DNA of 56,456 bases from positions 1 to 56,456 of IMG/VR virus record IMGVR_UViG_3300048839_001000; one strand, 5' to 3'. Of the stretch, positions 27,593-36,615 are shown piece by piece (within the stretch, counting starts at the first letter, position 1; each line of letters starts with the position of its first letter). Made by a program: the position numbers and the translations under genes. This stretch comes from a virus. Its lineage: Duplodnaviria > Caudoviricetes. The notes under the pieces were generated by a model. That model was not told where the DNA came from, did not search any database, and saw only the letters and a program-made list of their open reading frames with translations.

Positions 27593-28030
27593 CTACAGTA
27601 CTCGCGGCCGCTTCACAACGAAGCGGAGCACGCTGGCCTTACGTGGGACGATAGGATGTGCCTTGGTGCCAAATTCTACGTGCAACGCATAGTTGATATT
27701 TGTCCCGACGGTGTAGCTCAGTTCATCACGTTGCTTAGCAGTCAGCGAGCGACGCAGATGACCAGTGTCGACGGGACAAAGTCTCTGTGCTGTGCGTAGT
27801 CCGTAGAATGCAGCTCGAGTCACAGCCTTCCCCAGTTCCTGCACCATCAACGGCTTGCTCGACAATCCGCCGCCTCTCGTCAGCACCTTGAACGCGGCAG
27901 GCAGGAAAACTTTCTTCAGCTGCACTCTCGCGTCCTCGATCGCCGGCAATAAGAACGGCTGTGCGCGCGTCCCAGGGTGGTCGACGTGCTGTGTGAAGAC
28001 TACTTCTTTCTTCATTCGTGGTCGAGGCAT
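27593..28030 (-). CDS. HK97 gp10-like tail/neck component
   Basis: CPVDTGHLRRS...YALHVEFGT and HPGTRAQPFL motifs. Confidence 0.8.
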   Translation of the reverse strand: MPRPRMKKEVVFTQHVDHPGTRAQPFLLPAIEDARVQLKKVFLPAAFKVLTRGGGLSSKPLMVQELGKAVTRAAFYGLRTAQRLCPVDTGHLRRSLTAKQRDELSYTVGTNINYALHVEFGTKAHPIVPRKASVLRFVVKRPRVL

Positions 28031-28452
28031 TAGAGACTGCCCTCCACCATTTTGAATGAGAAGGCCGTGGTCACCCGCCACGACTCTTCAGCTTTGCCTG
28101 CATCTGTCGCCTGTGACTGTTCCTTGAACAGCATGACGAGGATGCCATCGCCAGTGAGTGGAATCGGCACGAGTGCTCTGCGCACCTTCGCCATTGTCAA
28201 ATGCGCTGCCATCTTTGACTTTGGGTTACCGACCGTGACCTGCATCACTCCCTCAAATCGACGGAACTTCAAATCCTCGGAGGATGCCGTCATCGAGTAA
28301 ATGATCGATGAGCCAGCAACGACTTCGAGCGGATCGTCACTTGGGTGAACGTTGGCGACCGGCACATCACCGCCGCTGCCAACATCCACGAGCCCAGGAT
28401 ACGCCTTGAGCGCGGAGAACATTCTGTCATACAGCTTTTCAAAAGCGCTCAT
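28030..28452 (-). CDS. tail terminator-like protein
   Basis: Size and position; ATGA coupling. Confidence 0.6.
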   Translation of the reverse strand: MSAFEKLYDRMFSALKAYPGLVDVGSGGDVPVANVHPSDDPLEVVAGSSIIYSMTASSEDLKFRRFEGVMQVTVGNPKSKMAAHLTMAKVRRALVPIPLTGDGILVMLFKEQSQATDAGKAEESWRVTTAFSFKMVEGSL

Positions 28453-28814
28453 AGCTTCTGTGTCCTCGTGAGCTGACACTGCACGTGACGAAGAGCTCCA
28501 TCCACGTCGTACTTGTACATCACATTCACAATGACAAATCTGAAGAGATTCATGCCTTGTGGAGTCAGCGGCGACACCAAATCGTCCACGTTCACCCGCG
28601 TATCGGAAGTGTACATGATCGCGTCAACTGGATACGCAGCACCTTCTCCCTGCACGAGACGAGATCCGCCGCGCATCTGCAGCATGCAGCGCACAGTGAA
28701 TGTCGTCGCCGGCGGCACGGTGTAACTCAGCTCACCGGCGTTGTTGCCGGCGTCGCGCGTGCGCGCGGGTGTGACAATTGCCGCTTGATGCGGCTGCTCG
28801 AAGATCTCGTTCAT
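28449..28814 (-). CDS. head-closure/stopper-like protein
   Basis: 121-aa beta-rich ORF at the start of the neck cluster. Confidence 0.6.
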   Translation of the reverse strand: MNEIFEQPHQAAIVTPARTRDAGNNAGELSYTVPPATTFTVRCMLQMRGGSRLVQGEGAAYPVDAIMYTSDTRVNVDDLVSPLTPQGMNLFRFVIVNVMYKYDVDGALRHVQCQLTRTQKL

Positions 28815-29110
28815 CGAGTCCTCTTCCTGCGTGGCCTCTCTTCTTCGATGACTTCCTGCGCAGGCGTCGCCGGGGCGGAGAAATCGGCGACCGGTACTTC
28901 AGGGTTTGCCTCTTGGGTGGGCACCTGCGCCGGAGTCATCTCCTCTGCGTTCTCGACCTTCGTGCCGGCGAACAGTGCCTGCAGCCTTGTGAGAAGTCGA
29001 TGTACACGCAGAGATCCATCGTCGTCAACAATACACACTGAACTCTCGAAATGGAAACCGCACATGTCGCCGGTGTAGTTGTCGAGTCCGATCGTCACTT
29101 TGATCTTCAC
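28811..29110 (-). CDS. hypothetical protein
   Basis: GTG start overlapping the upstream stop (GTGA) with GGAGG RBS. Confidence 0.6.
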   Translation of the reverse strand: MKIKVTIGLDNYTGDMCGFHFESSVCIVDDDGSLRVHRLLTRLQALFAGTKVENAEEMTPAQVPTQEANPEVPVADFSAPATPAQEVIEEERPRRKRTR

Positions 29111-29463
29111 AGGATGGCCTCCAAATCTTCTTTTGTTCGCGGCTTTGCCCATCTGAAACTTCGTCTTCCACCCAGCACCACCGCTGAGAAGAAGATGAAG
29201 GACCAGATTGCGTACGTCGGCCACCATCGCTTCTGCTGCTTCAACGTAGAAGACAAGCAGTCGATCAAGAACTGCAAGTCAGCGCCGAACTTGTCCAACA
29301 GTCCGCCACCCTCCCAATACGCCAAGTCGTGAGCGTCGCCGGCCTCCTTGAAGCAGAACTGGGGGATGAGTCTTGACACCCACCCCCAGTTCGCCGGTCC
29401 GCAGCCATTGCAGATAATGTTTCTCTGCGACGGCGTTAAGTCTTCAAGCTTGAGCAGGCCCAT
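29107..29463 (-). CDS. phospholipase-A2-like protein
   Basis: NGCGP...F.EAGDAHDLAY..GG...ADLQF...AVVLGG. Confidence 0.6.
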   Translation of the reverse strand: MGLLKLEDLTPSQRNIICNGCGPANWGWVSRLIPQFCFKEAGDAHDLAYWEGGGLLDKFGADLQFLIDCLSSTLKQQKRWWPTYAIWSFIFFSAVVLGGRRSFRWAKPRTKEDLEAIL

Positions 29464-29471
29464 CGCTCACC

Positions 29472-29561
29472 TCAGAACGGTCCAAGCTTCTTCAGGTCGT
29501 GGTGACAACCGGATGCCATGACCATCGCCAGAACTGCCATCACAATGTAGAACAGACGCAT
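29472..29561 (-). CDS. 29-aa lipoprotein (not in the ORF track)
   Basis: MRLFYIVMAVLAMVMASG-C-HHDLKKLGPF with AAGGAG RBS, filling the intergenic gap. Confidence 0.6.
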   Translation of the reverse strand: MRLFYIVMAVLAMVMASGCHHDLKKLGPF

Positions 29562-29573
29562 CGCTCCTTCTTT

Positions 29574-30428
29574 CTACGGTGCTTCTGCCTGCGCCGTTTT
29601 CTTTGACTTCAGGAACGTGTCAAGGAGACTGTTCGCAGCCTCCAGGCCTTGTGATGCTGACATCTGTACTTTCGCCTGCTCACCCAGATAGGTGCTCAGG
29701 TCGTTGATGCTACGAGACGCATTCGCTGCGTTGATGTTCATCTTGGCTACGCGCGCGTACTCGCCCGAAGCAATGCCGGCTGCCTCTGCGTACTTCCTAC
29801 CCTTCTCCTGCTGTAGGGCGGCCATCACGCGCGGATCGATCTGAGGCATCTGTGCCTCGCGCATTTCGGTCTTGACCTCCTCCTTCACCGAGCCATCAGC
29901 GGCGACGGTCTTCACAATCACCTGCGTCGGTACCTTCACGGTGGCCAGAGTAGTGTGCGAGTCGACCGACTGTTGATGCAGTTCATCCGCGACGGCGATG
30001 TTCTTGGCGAGCTTTTCATCGATCAGTTTTGCGTCGAAATCATCGCGCTGCGTGACGTAGGTCGTCAAGCTGAGCTGTGCATCGGTGGCCAACTGTTTGC
30101 CGGCAGTGGAAGCACATCCACCGAGAAGCAGAACCATCATCAGTACCACGCCGACGCCCATCACCTTCTTGGCTGCGCCGAGTAGGAAGCTGATCGCGTT
30201 GGTGATGATCTGATTCCCTTGCGCCTCTGCCATCGCGGCCGCAGCGTGGTCATTGAGCTGCTGCTGTGAGAGCACCACTGTGGTGTCGCAATTCGCCGTC
30301 GGGTCAGTGTACGTCCAACCGAAGTTCTTGATGTCCTGCGGTGTCACCAACGCTGCTGCCTGATCCGCCGGGATTCCTTGCGCCACGAATGCCGCAACTG
30401 CTTTTGCCTTTGCTTCTTCGTAAGTCAT
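29574..30428 (-). CDS. membrane/lipoprotein, possible spanin-like
   Basis: KKVMGVGVVLMMVLLLGG-C lipobox about 100 aa in, followed by a helical region. Confidence 0.6.
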   Translation of the reverse strand: MTYEEAKAKAVAAFVAQGIPADQAAALVTPQDIKNFGWTYTDPTANCDTTVVLSQQQLNDHAAAAMAEAQGNQIITNAISFLLGAAKKVMGVGVVLMMVLLLGGCASTAGKQLATDAQLSLTTYVTQRDDFDAKLIDEKLAKNIAVADELHQQSVDSHTTLATVKVPTQVIVKTVAADGSVKEEVKTEMREAQMPQIDPRVMAALQQEKGRKYAEAAGIASGEYARVAKMNINAANASRSINDLSTYLGEQAKVQMSASQGLEAANSLLDTFLKSKKTAQAEAP

Positions 30429-30471
30429 TGCTCCATCCTCCTCTTCTTATCTGTTGCCGTAGGCCGCATAC

Positions 30472-30858
30472 CTACGGGCGATACTCTTTGCTGAATGGAC
30501 ACATCTTCTGTGAAAAGATGATTTTGATTTCCTTCAGCACATCGATCTGTGCGTTCGTTTGAGAGGCAAGACCTTTGAGAACCTCATTTTGAAGTTGAAT
30601 CGTGGCTTGAAGATCTTTCTGCATCTTCGTGACAGTCACGAGATCATTCTCCAGTTCATCGATTCTCTTCGCCATGCGCTTCTCCCTTAACCATGTCGTG
30701 ACAACGATCACGAGCATCAAGAGAGTCGCTACTGCCGCCCAGACGCCGAACCTGTCTGCAATCTCAGCAAATGCCTTGGTGTACCCGTCTTGGACATCCA
30801 TCGCAACAGGCACTCCGAGCATCGCGAAGCACGTTGAACCGAGGTAGAGAAGCTTCAT
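30472..30858 (-). CDS. holin-like membrane protein
   Basis: Two hydrophobic segments followed by a coiled coil. Confidence 0.5.
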   Translation of the reverse strand: MKLLYLGSTCFAMLGVPVAMDVQDGYTKAFAEIADRFGVWAAVATLLMLVIVVTTWLREKRMAKRIDELENDLVTVTKMQKDLQATIQLQNEVLKGLASQTNAQIDVLKEIKIIFSQKMCPFSKEYRP

Positions 30859-30902
30859 GAAGTAAATGTCTCCGCTATCAGCCTTTGATTGCTCGACTCT
30901 CC

Positions 30903-31241
30903 TTACTCGTCGCCGAGTCTGTCCAGTAACTCGGCGTAACCCTCACTCAACATTCCAGGTACACCGTGGGAAGTACGCGCGTGGAGCATCTCAGTCAAGT
31001 AAGTGATCGTCGAGTCATCGCACTCAACGATGCCGGGCACCCATGTAAACTGGGTACGCGCCTCATCGTTGAATCGACGGCATCTGCTGTTGAGCACTGA
31101 GAACAGCTTCGCGTGCTTGCGAATTTCAACGCGCCCTTGCGGCTCGGTGCGTGACAACATATCGGCCAACGCCATCACACCGACTTGCGTGAGCTCCAAT
31201 TTCTTAGAGCCATCCTCGCCAGCTAGTTCGTTCTTCGCCAC
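30903..31241 (-). CDS. hypothetical protein
   Basis: GTG start with GAGGAG RBS, downstream of the promoter at ~31.3 kb. Confidence 0.7.
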   Translation of the reverse strand: MAKNELAGEDGSKKLELTQVGVMALADMLSRTEPQGRVEIRKHAKLFSVLNSRCRRFNDEARTQFTWVPGIVECDDSTITYLTEMLHARTSHGVPGMLSEGYAELLDRLGDE

Positions 31242-31301
31242 GTGTTTCTCCTCTTCTTCTCTCTACTCACTGATTGACGGCACGCGCCGCCTCTATAAGA
31301 T

Positions 31302-31330
31302 ATTATACCATGTTTCGCTAATTTGTACAT
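31302..31330 (-). promoter_or_regulatory. putative promoter ATGTAC-N17-TATAAT inside a 48-bp inverted repeat
   Basis: ATTATACCATGTTTCGCTAAT-TTGTAC-ATTAGAGAAACATGGCATAAT. Confidence 0.65.
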
Positions 31331-31352
31331 TAGAGAAACATGGCATAATGCT

Positions 31353-31673
31353 TCACGCTACTACAGTGGCAAACTTGTCTGTCAGCATCTCAAGCGCGAG
31401 TGCCACCTGCCCCGCCGTCAAGGTGATGCCGCCAGCCTCGGCAGGAAGCGTGACGGTCTCCGCCAGCACTTCGGAAAGGTTCTTTTCAACGGTGTAGTTC
31501 TGTCCTTCACCGTTTTCACCGCCATTGCGGTATTCCTTGCCATCCTTCATCAGCACTACCTGGCGGTAGCACGTGATCTTCACATCTTCGCCCACAGGCG
31601 CCGCAATCTGCACGAGATAGTTGCGGTCGCGTTTCTCAACGGTGGTGTTCAAGGCAACGTCTTCAATCTTCAT
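31353..31673 (-). CDS. hypothetical protein (possible fibre chaperone)
   Basis: 106-aa ORF directly after the adhesin, strong RBS. Confidence 0.65.
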   Translation of the reverse strand: MKIEDVALNTTVEKRDRNYLVQIAAPVGEDVKITCYRQVVLMKDGKEYRNGGENGEGQNYTVEKNLSEVLAETVTLPAEAGGITLTAGQVALALEMLTDKFATVVA

Positions 31674-31687
31674 GGTCCTTCTCCTTG

Positions 31688-34600
31688 TTAGGAAACAACC
31701 ACTTCAAGGTCGTTTCCGGTTTGTTGAAGCGTCAACGTCTTTCCGGTGCCGTTGGTTCCAACGATGGGCAACGTCCCCGACATTGTTCCTGTCGCCGTAA
31801 TCAGCTTGTACGTGCCATTGGTAGTGATTCCTGCGGGGAAGTCAATCGTGCATCCACCAAGCGCCACATCTCCAGTTACGGCAATTTGACTGAACGTAGT
31901 GGTCGTACTGTTTGCGATCATCTTAGCGCTAGACCCACTGAAAGTAAGCGCGCCTGTGTTCAGGGTGTTGTCACCAAAAGATCCGGGTTGGATGATTGAC
32001 GACGCCGAATTTGTGAGCGTCACAGTCCCTATGATCGTTGCACTGTCGCCGGTTGTGTTTCGCCCGAGCAGCGTTCCGCCACTAACAGAGACAGCGGTAT
32101 TTGCGAGCGATCCGGTGATCTGAAGTGTTCCTCCGATTATGGACGTTGATCCCGTGTACGTGTTAATCCCAGATAGGGTAAGCGTACCGGCGCTCATCTT
32201 GACAACAATTCCGGCTCCGCTAATTACTCCGGTGTAGGTGTACGCATCTGAACGGCTGAATCCAAGAGTTGCTCCGATGCTTATCGAGATGTCAGAGGTA
32301 ATGCTCCCCGATGTTCCTCCGACGCCTATTTGAAGGATGCCTTCGCTTACCGTGGTCGGGCCACTGTAAGTACACGCGCCTGTGAGAACGAGCGAACCAC
32401 TAGCACCTAGCTTTGTTAAAGTGTACGCACCAACAATCGCCCCGCCAACCTGAAGTGACTGTGCGGAGACGGTAACTTGTCTGTTGCCGGTGAGCGTGAC
32501 GGTTCCCGTCCCAACATTCAATGCCGCAGTGGTTCCGTTGTATGTAAAATCTCCGGCCCACGTTTGCGGATTATTATTTGTCAGCGTAATCAATCCGCCC
32601 GTGGTGTTGTCAATCGTTCCGCCGTTTATTGTGAACGTGCCGGTTCCGATTGCCGTAGCATGATTGATGTTGAATGTTCCAGCGGTCAGCGTAGTCTCGC
32701 CGCTGTAGGTGTTTGAACTACTGAAGGTGACTACACCTGAACTGTTGATGACAACGCTTACTGTGCGGGTTCCACTGCCAAGCACATTTTGAATCAAGCC
32801 CGCCCAAGAGCAAGTTCCCGTGAGCGTCAGCGTGGAATTGGATGTGGTAGAACTGTTGCCGACATTCGCCGCATTGGTGCTCTTGGTTATTCCGGCAAGC
32901 GATTGGTCGAATCCATTCAAATCCAAGTTGGCAGTTGCGAGTTGCCCAAGGGTTATGGGTGCATTGGTAGCCAATCCATTAGTTGCACCAACTCTTGCCG
33001 TGCCAGCTTGAACAAGCAAGCCGGGTGTGTAGCTACCGCCACCACTGTAGATGACAATGCCTAGGCGTTGAACAAGCGCGTAGCTATTACTGGTGATCGC
33101 ACCCGAAAGCGTGAGCGTTCCAGTGCTGACGCTGGCGAAAAGTCCACCATTAGCGACTTGTCCGTTGTTTGTAATCGTGCCGCTGATGGTTGCGTTCCCT
33201 GTCCCGCTGTTTTCAATGACGCCGCGCCCGTTCGCACCAGAACCAGAGCCGGTATTCACAATGATGTTATTGGCAATCGTCAATCCGTCCGTGACAGTCA
33301 TGCGAAGTGTTGCGGTGCCAAGCGTGACGGTTCCCGTCCCCAACGCGCTGTTTGAACCACTGACAACAAGCGCGGCCCTGACAATGTTCACGCCACCTGA
33401 AAACGTGTTGACGCCGTTAAGCGTCAGTACATAGGTGGTGCCTGTGTTCGGATTGTGCTGAACAATGCCGCTTCCAGAAATCACGCTTCCGAAGTCTGTC
33501 CCTTGCGCGACGTTGTTTGAACGCCTGATACTGAAGGTTCCGTTGTTGACGATTGCGCTACTGAGAGAGAGTGCCCCGCCGGAACTGTTGTTTCCAAGTT
33601 GCAGCGTTGTTCCTACATCAATGGTTGTGGGACCGCTGTACGTCTGCGTTCCCGCAAATACCAGCAATCCGCTTCCTGATTGTCTCACTCCACCAGAACC
33701 GGAAATCACGTTGTTGAAGTTCGTGCCGCCAATGATTGTACTCGAACGGTTGAACACCAGCGTTCCATTATTGACGATTGCGCTGCTGGTGGAAAGTGCG
33801 CCGGTTGATCCGCCGTTTCCAATCTGAAGCGTTCCGCCGCTGATTGTCGTATTCCCGGTATAAGTGTTCGCGCCGGAAAGAATGGTAGTTCCTGCGCCAC
33901 TCTTTGTTAGCGACAATGTTCCAGACGTGGGATTGGCAAGAGCGCCAGTGATTAGAATGGTATTTGTGCCGTCAACTTCAAGCGTCTTGCTTCCATCCGC
34001 AATCGGGAATGGGGTAGCGTGCGTCAGCGTCAATGTTCCAGTGCCGTTGTTTGAAAGTTTGAGCGTTCCGCCAGAACCAACCAACGAGAAAGTTCTGTTG
34101 GTCGAATCTCCCGATCCGATGTACTCCAAGGTCGCGTTGCGGGACACGGACGCTTGACCGATTTCAACAACAGAGCCAGCGCCGAATGCAGAATTAGCGC
34201 CGCCATTGGCAATCGAGTTAAAACGAACTGTGGGTGTTCCCATGCCAGAGGCAGGACCAGCAGCGCCAATGATTGTTTTCCCGGTGTACGTGTTGACACC
34301 GTTAACGACTACAGTGCTTGTGCTCCAACCAAAACGTAATTCGCCAGCGCCGGAAATAACGCCATTCAGTGTGAGTGTGTCGCTGCTTTCTGCGGTAACG
34401 AGTCCGTGATTCGTTCCATCAAGTGTGATGTTGTTAGAAAGAGCAATGGTGTTCTCTGCCCGTATTGATCCGCCATTCAGCGCGATTGTTCCTGTGCCGC
34501 AAGAATCGCTATGGTAAACGTCAGCGTACACATTGTTCTGAATGGTAAGCTGTCCGCTGAATGTGGAGTTGCCTACGAAGCGAACGCTCCACGGAGAATT

Positions 34601-35026
34601 ACCGCTGAGGGTAATGGAGCCGGTGCCAAGGATGTTTTTTATTTCAAACACCCCGGTGTTCACGATGAAGTTTACTGAGTTGTTGACGATCATATCGGGC
34701 AGGACTTCTTGGACAGTGTTATCGTTCTGAATGATCGAGCCAAGCAGTTCAAAACGATTTCCAGTCAAATAGAATCCAGCCGAACCGGTATCAAACACGA
34801 GAGACTGGAACTTCGTGTCGACTGGATAGTTGTTGATGGGATTCGGACGAACAGTTCCAGCGAAGTGCAGAGTGTCACCGGACTCAGGAGATTGAGCGGT
34901 CGCCCAGTTATCAGCCGTCGCCAAATAATCGTCGGCGCCACCGCCATCCCACACGTTGGAGCGGAGAATAGATTGCTCAACGCAAACAATCTGCCGTCTA
35001 TCACGAACATTGTGGAAATGGCGCAT
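31688..35026 (-). CDS. autotransporter-associated beta-strand-repeat (PATR) adhesin/fibre
   Basis: Repeated LTKSGAGT..LSGANTYTG.T.I..GTL units; N-terminal WDGGG...W..A.NW; no beta-barrel. Confidence 0.88.
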   Translation of the reverse strand: MRHFHNVRDRRQIVCVEQSILRSNVWDGGGADDYLATADNWATAQSPESGDTLHFAGTVRPNPINNYPVDTKFQSLVFDTGSAGFYLTGNRFELLGSIIQNDNTVQEVLPDMIVNNSVNFIVNTGVFEIKNILGTGSITLSGNSPWSVRFVGNSTFSGQLTIQNNVYADVYHSDSCGTGTIALNGGSIRAENTIALSNNITLDGTNHGLVTAESSDTLTLNGVISGAGELRFGWSTSTVVVNGVNTYTGKTIIGAAGPASGMGTPTVRFNSIANGGANSAFGAGSVVEIGQASVSRNATLEYIGSGDSTNRTFSLVGSGGTLKLSNNGTGTLTLTHATPFPIADGSKTLEVDGTNTILITGALANPTSGTLSLTKSGAGTTILSGANTYTGNTTISGGTLQIGNGGSTGALSTSSAIVNNGTLVFNRSSTIIGGTNFNNVISGSGGVRQSGSGLLVFAGTQTYSGPTTIDVGTTLQLGNNSSGGALSLSSAIVNNGTFSIRRSNNVAQGTDFGSVISGSGIVQHNPNTGTTYVLTLNGVNTFSGGVNIVRAALVVSGSNSALGTGTVTLGTATLRMTVTDGLTIANNIIVNTGSGSGANGRGVIENSGTGNATISGTITNNGQVANGGLFASVSTGTLTLSGAITSNSYALVQRLGIVIYSGGGSYTPGLLVQAGTARVGATNGLATNAPITLGQLATANLDLNGFDQSLAGITKSTNAANVGNSSTTSNSTLTLTGTCSWAGLIQNVLGSGTRTVSVVINSSGVVTFSSSNTYSGETTLTAGTFNINHATAIGTGTFTINGGTIDNTTGGLITLTNNNPQTWAGDFTYNGTTAALNVGTGTVTLTGNRQVTVSAQSLQVGGAIVGAYTLTKLGASGSLVLTGACTYSGPTTVSEGILQIGVGGTSGSITSDISISIGATLGFSRSDAYTYTGVISGAGIVVKMSAGTLTLSGINTYTGSTSIIGGTLQITGSLANTAVSVSGGTLLGRNTTGDSATIIGTVTLTNSASSIIQPGSFGDNTLNTGALTFSGSSAKMIANSTTTTFSQIAVTGDVALGGCTIDFPAGITTNGTYKLITATGTMSGTLPIVGTNGTGKTLTLQQTGNDLEVVVS

Positions 35027-35069
35027 GGCGCATCCTCGCTTACTTTTGAACTACACCGCCGCGACGTGG

Positions 35070-35354
35070 TTAGCTGACGTCAGTCACAACCAGAAGTACG
35101 GCGGTAGCGGCAGCCGTCTTGTGGTAGAACTTTCGCATCGCGCGTGGAAGCGGGACAGGCACGTTGACGGGGAGGAACATCTCACCGTCGTGCTGCGCCT
35201 GATCGGCGGCGATCACGTTGCTCTCGGAGATGTAAATGATCTCCGGACCAACGTTCAGCAGAGATGCCATTCCCGGCAGCTCCACCAAACGAGCGGTGCC
35301 ATCACTCTGCACCGTCCCGATGTGTCTTTGGAATGCAATGTTTCCAGCCGGCAT
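35070..35354 (-). CDS. small putative virion protein
   Basis: 94 aa after the capsid gene, AAGGAG RBS. Confidence 0.65.
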   Translation of the reverse strand: MPAGNIAFQRHIGTVQSDGTARLVELPGMASLLNVGPEIIYISESNVIAADQAQHDGEMFLPVNVPVPLPRAMRKFYHKTAAATAVLLVVTDVS

Positions 35355-35382
35355 GGTGATCTCCTTTTATCGTCCCTTCGTC

Positions 35383-35440
35383 GCGTCCGTCGGATCTCGC
35401 GTGCACGAGAGCCGGCGGACGCGGGCGGGCCGAAGCCCGC
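35383..35440 (-). terminator. GC-rich hairpins after the major capsid gene
   Basis: CGCGTCCGTCGG...CCGGCGGACGCG and GGCGGGC-CGAA-GCCCGCC. Confidence 0.5.
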
Positions 35441-35461
35441 CGCGCGTCATCCAGTCCTTCC

Positions 35462-36571
35462 TTAGTTGTTGATCCCATGCGCGATGGAGAGCGCCAATTC
35501 GCTCTTCAGCGCCAGGCCGGTGTACCAGCGAACGCGCCAACGCGTCGCATCCTTGTTCTGCACCGGGCCGACGAGCTTGACCTCGATGCCTGCCTGCATC
35601 GCCGCAATCAGGCCGTGGACACCTTCCTCTTCATCCAACGACATGTGGATGATCGGGCAGTACGACGCCTTGTAGCAGGTCCAGACGACCGTGCCGCCAC
35701 CTTCCGAGGTGGTGCCACCCGGCGTGGTACCCCACGTCGGTTCGACGGTGTGCGTGGTGCCGGCGGTCGTGCACAGATACACGTGGCCGTTCGCCACGGT
35801 GGGTTTGCGCCACGTACCGAGCGCCGTGACCGTGGAGGCGGTCCACGCGGTGGTGAGCGCCTCACTGACGGCGCCGGTGCGGTCCATGTCCACCGGGATG
35901 TAGTCATTCTTCAGGATCGGAATGCCGCGGTACGAAGGCAGCCCCGGAGCGGTGACGCCCGGGATCGCGATGTGCAGCGGATCCGTGCCGCCGAGAGCGC
36001 GGCAAAGAGCGAAGTACGAGCGGATGGTGCGCGAGTTCATGACGAGCACGCGCGACATCCCGACCTTGACCTTGTCGATGAGCTGATCGAGGTGATCGAA
36101 GGCCAACGCCACCGCGGCGGTGTCGCCGAGGCCGATGCGCTGACCGGAGGGGAGGAGCTTCAGCAACCCGTCGAACTCTTTCGGGTTCGTCGTGTTGTCG
36201 CCGTTGATGAGCTTGTCGGCGAACGTGATGCCGACCTTCTTGCTCTTCTTGGCGATCTGAACGGCTGTCTGATCCTGCTGGTCACTCATCGTGCCCTGCA
36301 GGAAGTCATCGACGTCCACGTCGCTGACGATGCGGCGCAGTTTCTCGGTGACCGGGGTGAACGTCGCTGCGCTTTCGGAAATCGCGTCATCGGTGTCGAC
36401 GAACGCGGCACTGCCGAGCGTCAGCTCGCGGTTGTACAGAACCGCTTTGCCTTCCACCGGAGTGAAGGGCAGAAGCGAGTAGAGCTGGTCCGACGTGACG
36501 ATGTTCTCGATCACGCCCTGCACCAACAGGTTCTGCGAAAGCTTCTCGGCTTCCGCGGTTAAGAGTGGCAT
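35462..36571 (-). CDS. major capsid protein with inserted carbohydrate-binding-like module
   Basis: LTAEAEKLS..LVQGVIE, LLPF, DVDVD.F, EFDGL, RVRWY.GLA motifs. Confidence 0.9.
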   Translation of the reverse strand: MPLLTAEAEKLSQNLLVQGVIENIVTSDQLYSLLPFTPVEGKAVLYNRELTLGSAAFVDTDDAISESAATFTPVTEKLRRIVSDVDVDDFLQGTMSDQQDQTAVQIAKKSKKVGITFADKLINGDNTTNPKEFDGLLKLLPSGQRIGLGDTAAVALAFDHLDQLIDKVKVGMSRVLVMNSRTIRSYFALCRALGGTDPLHIAIPGVTAPGLPSYRGIPILKNDYIPVDMDRTGAVSEALTTAWTASTVTALGTWRKPTVANGHVYLCTTAGTTHTVEPTWGTTPGGTTSEGGGTVVWTCYKASYCPIIHMSLDEEEGVHGLIAAMQAGIEVKLVGPVQNKDATRWRVRWYTGLALKSELALSIAHGINN

Positions 36572-36615
36572 GTACGGCCTCCGTTGTCGTTGTTGTCTGC
36601 CCTATGAACAGTGCC

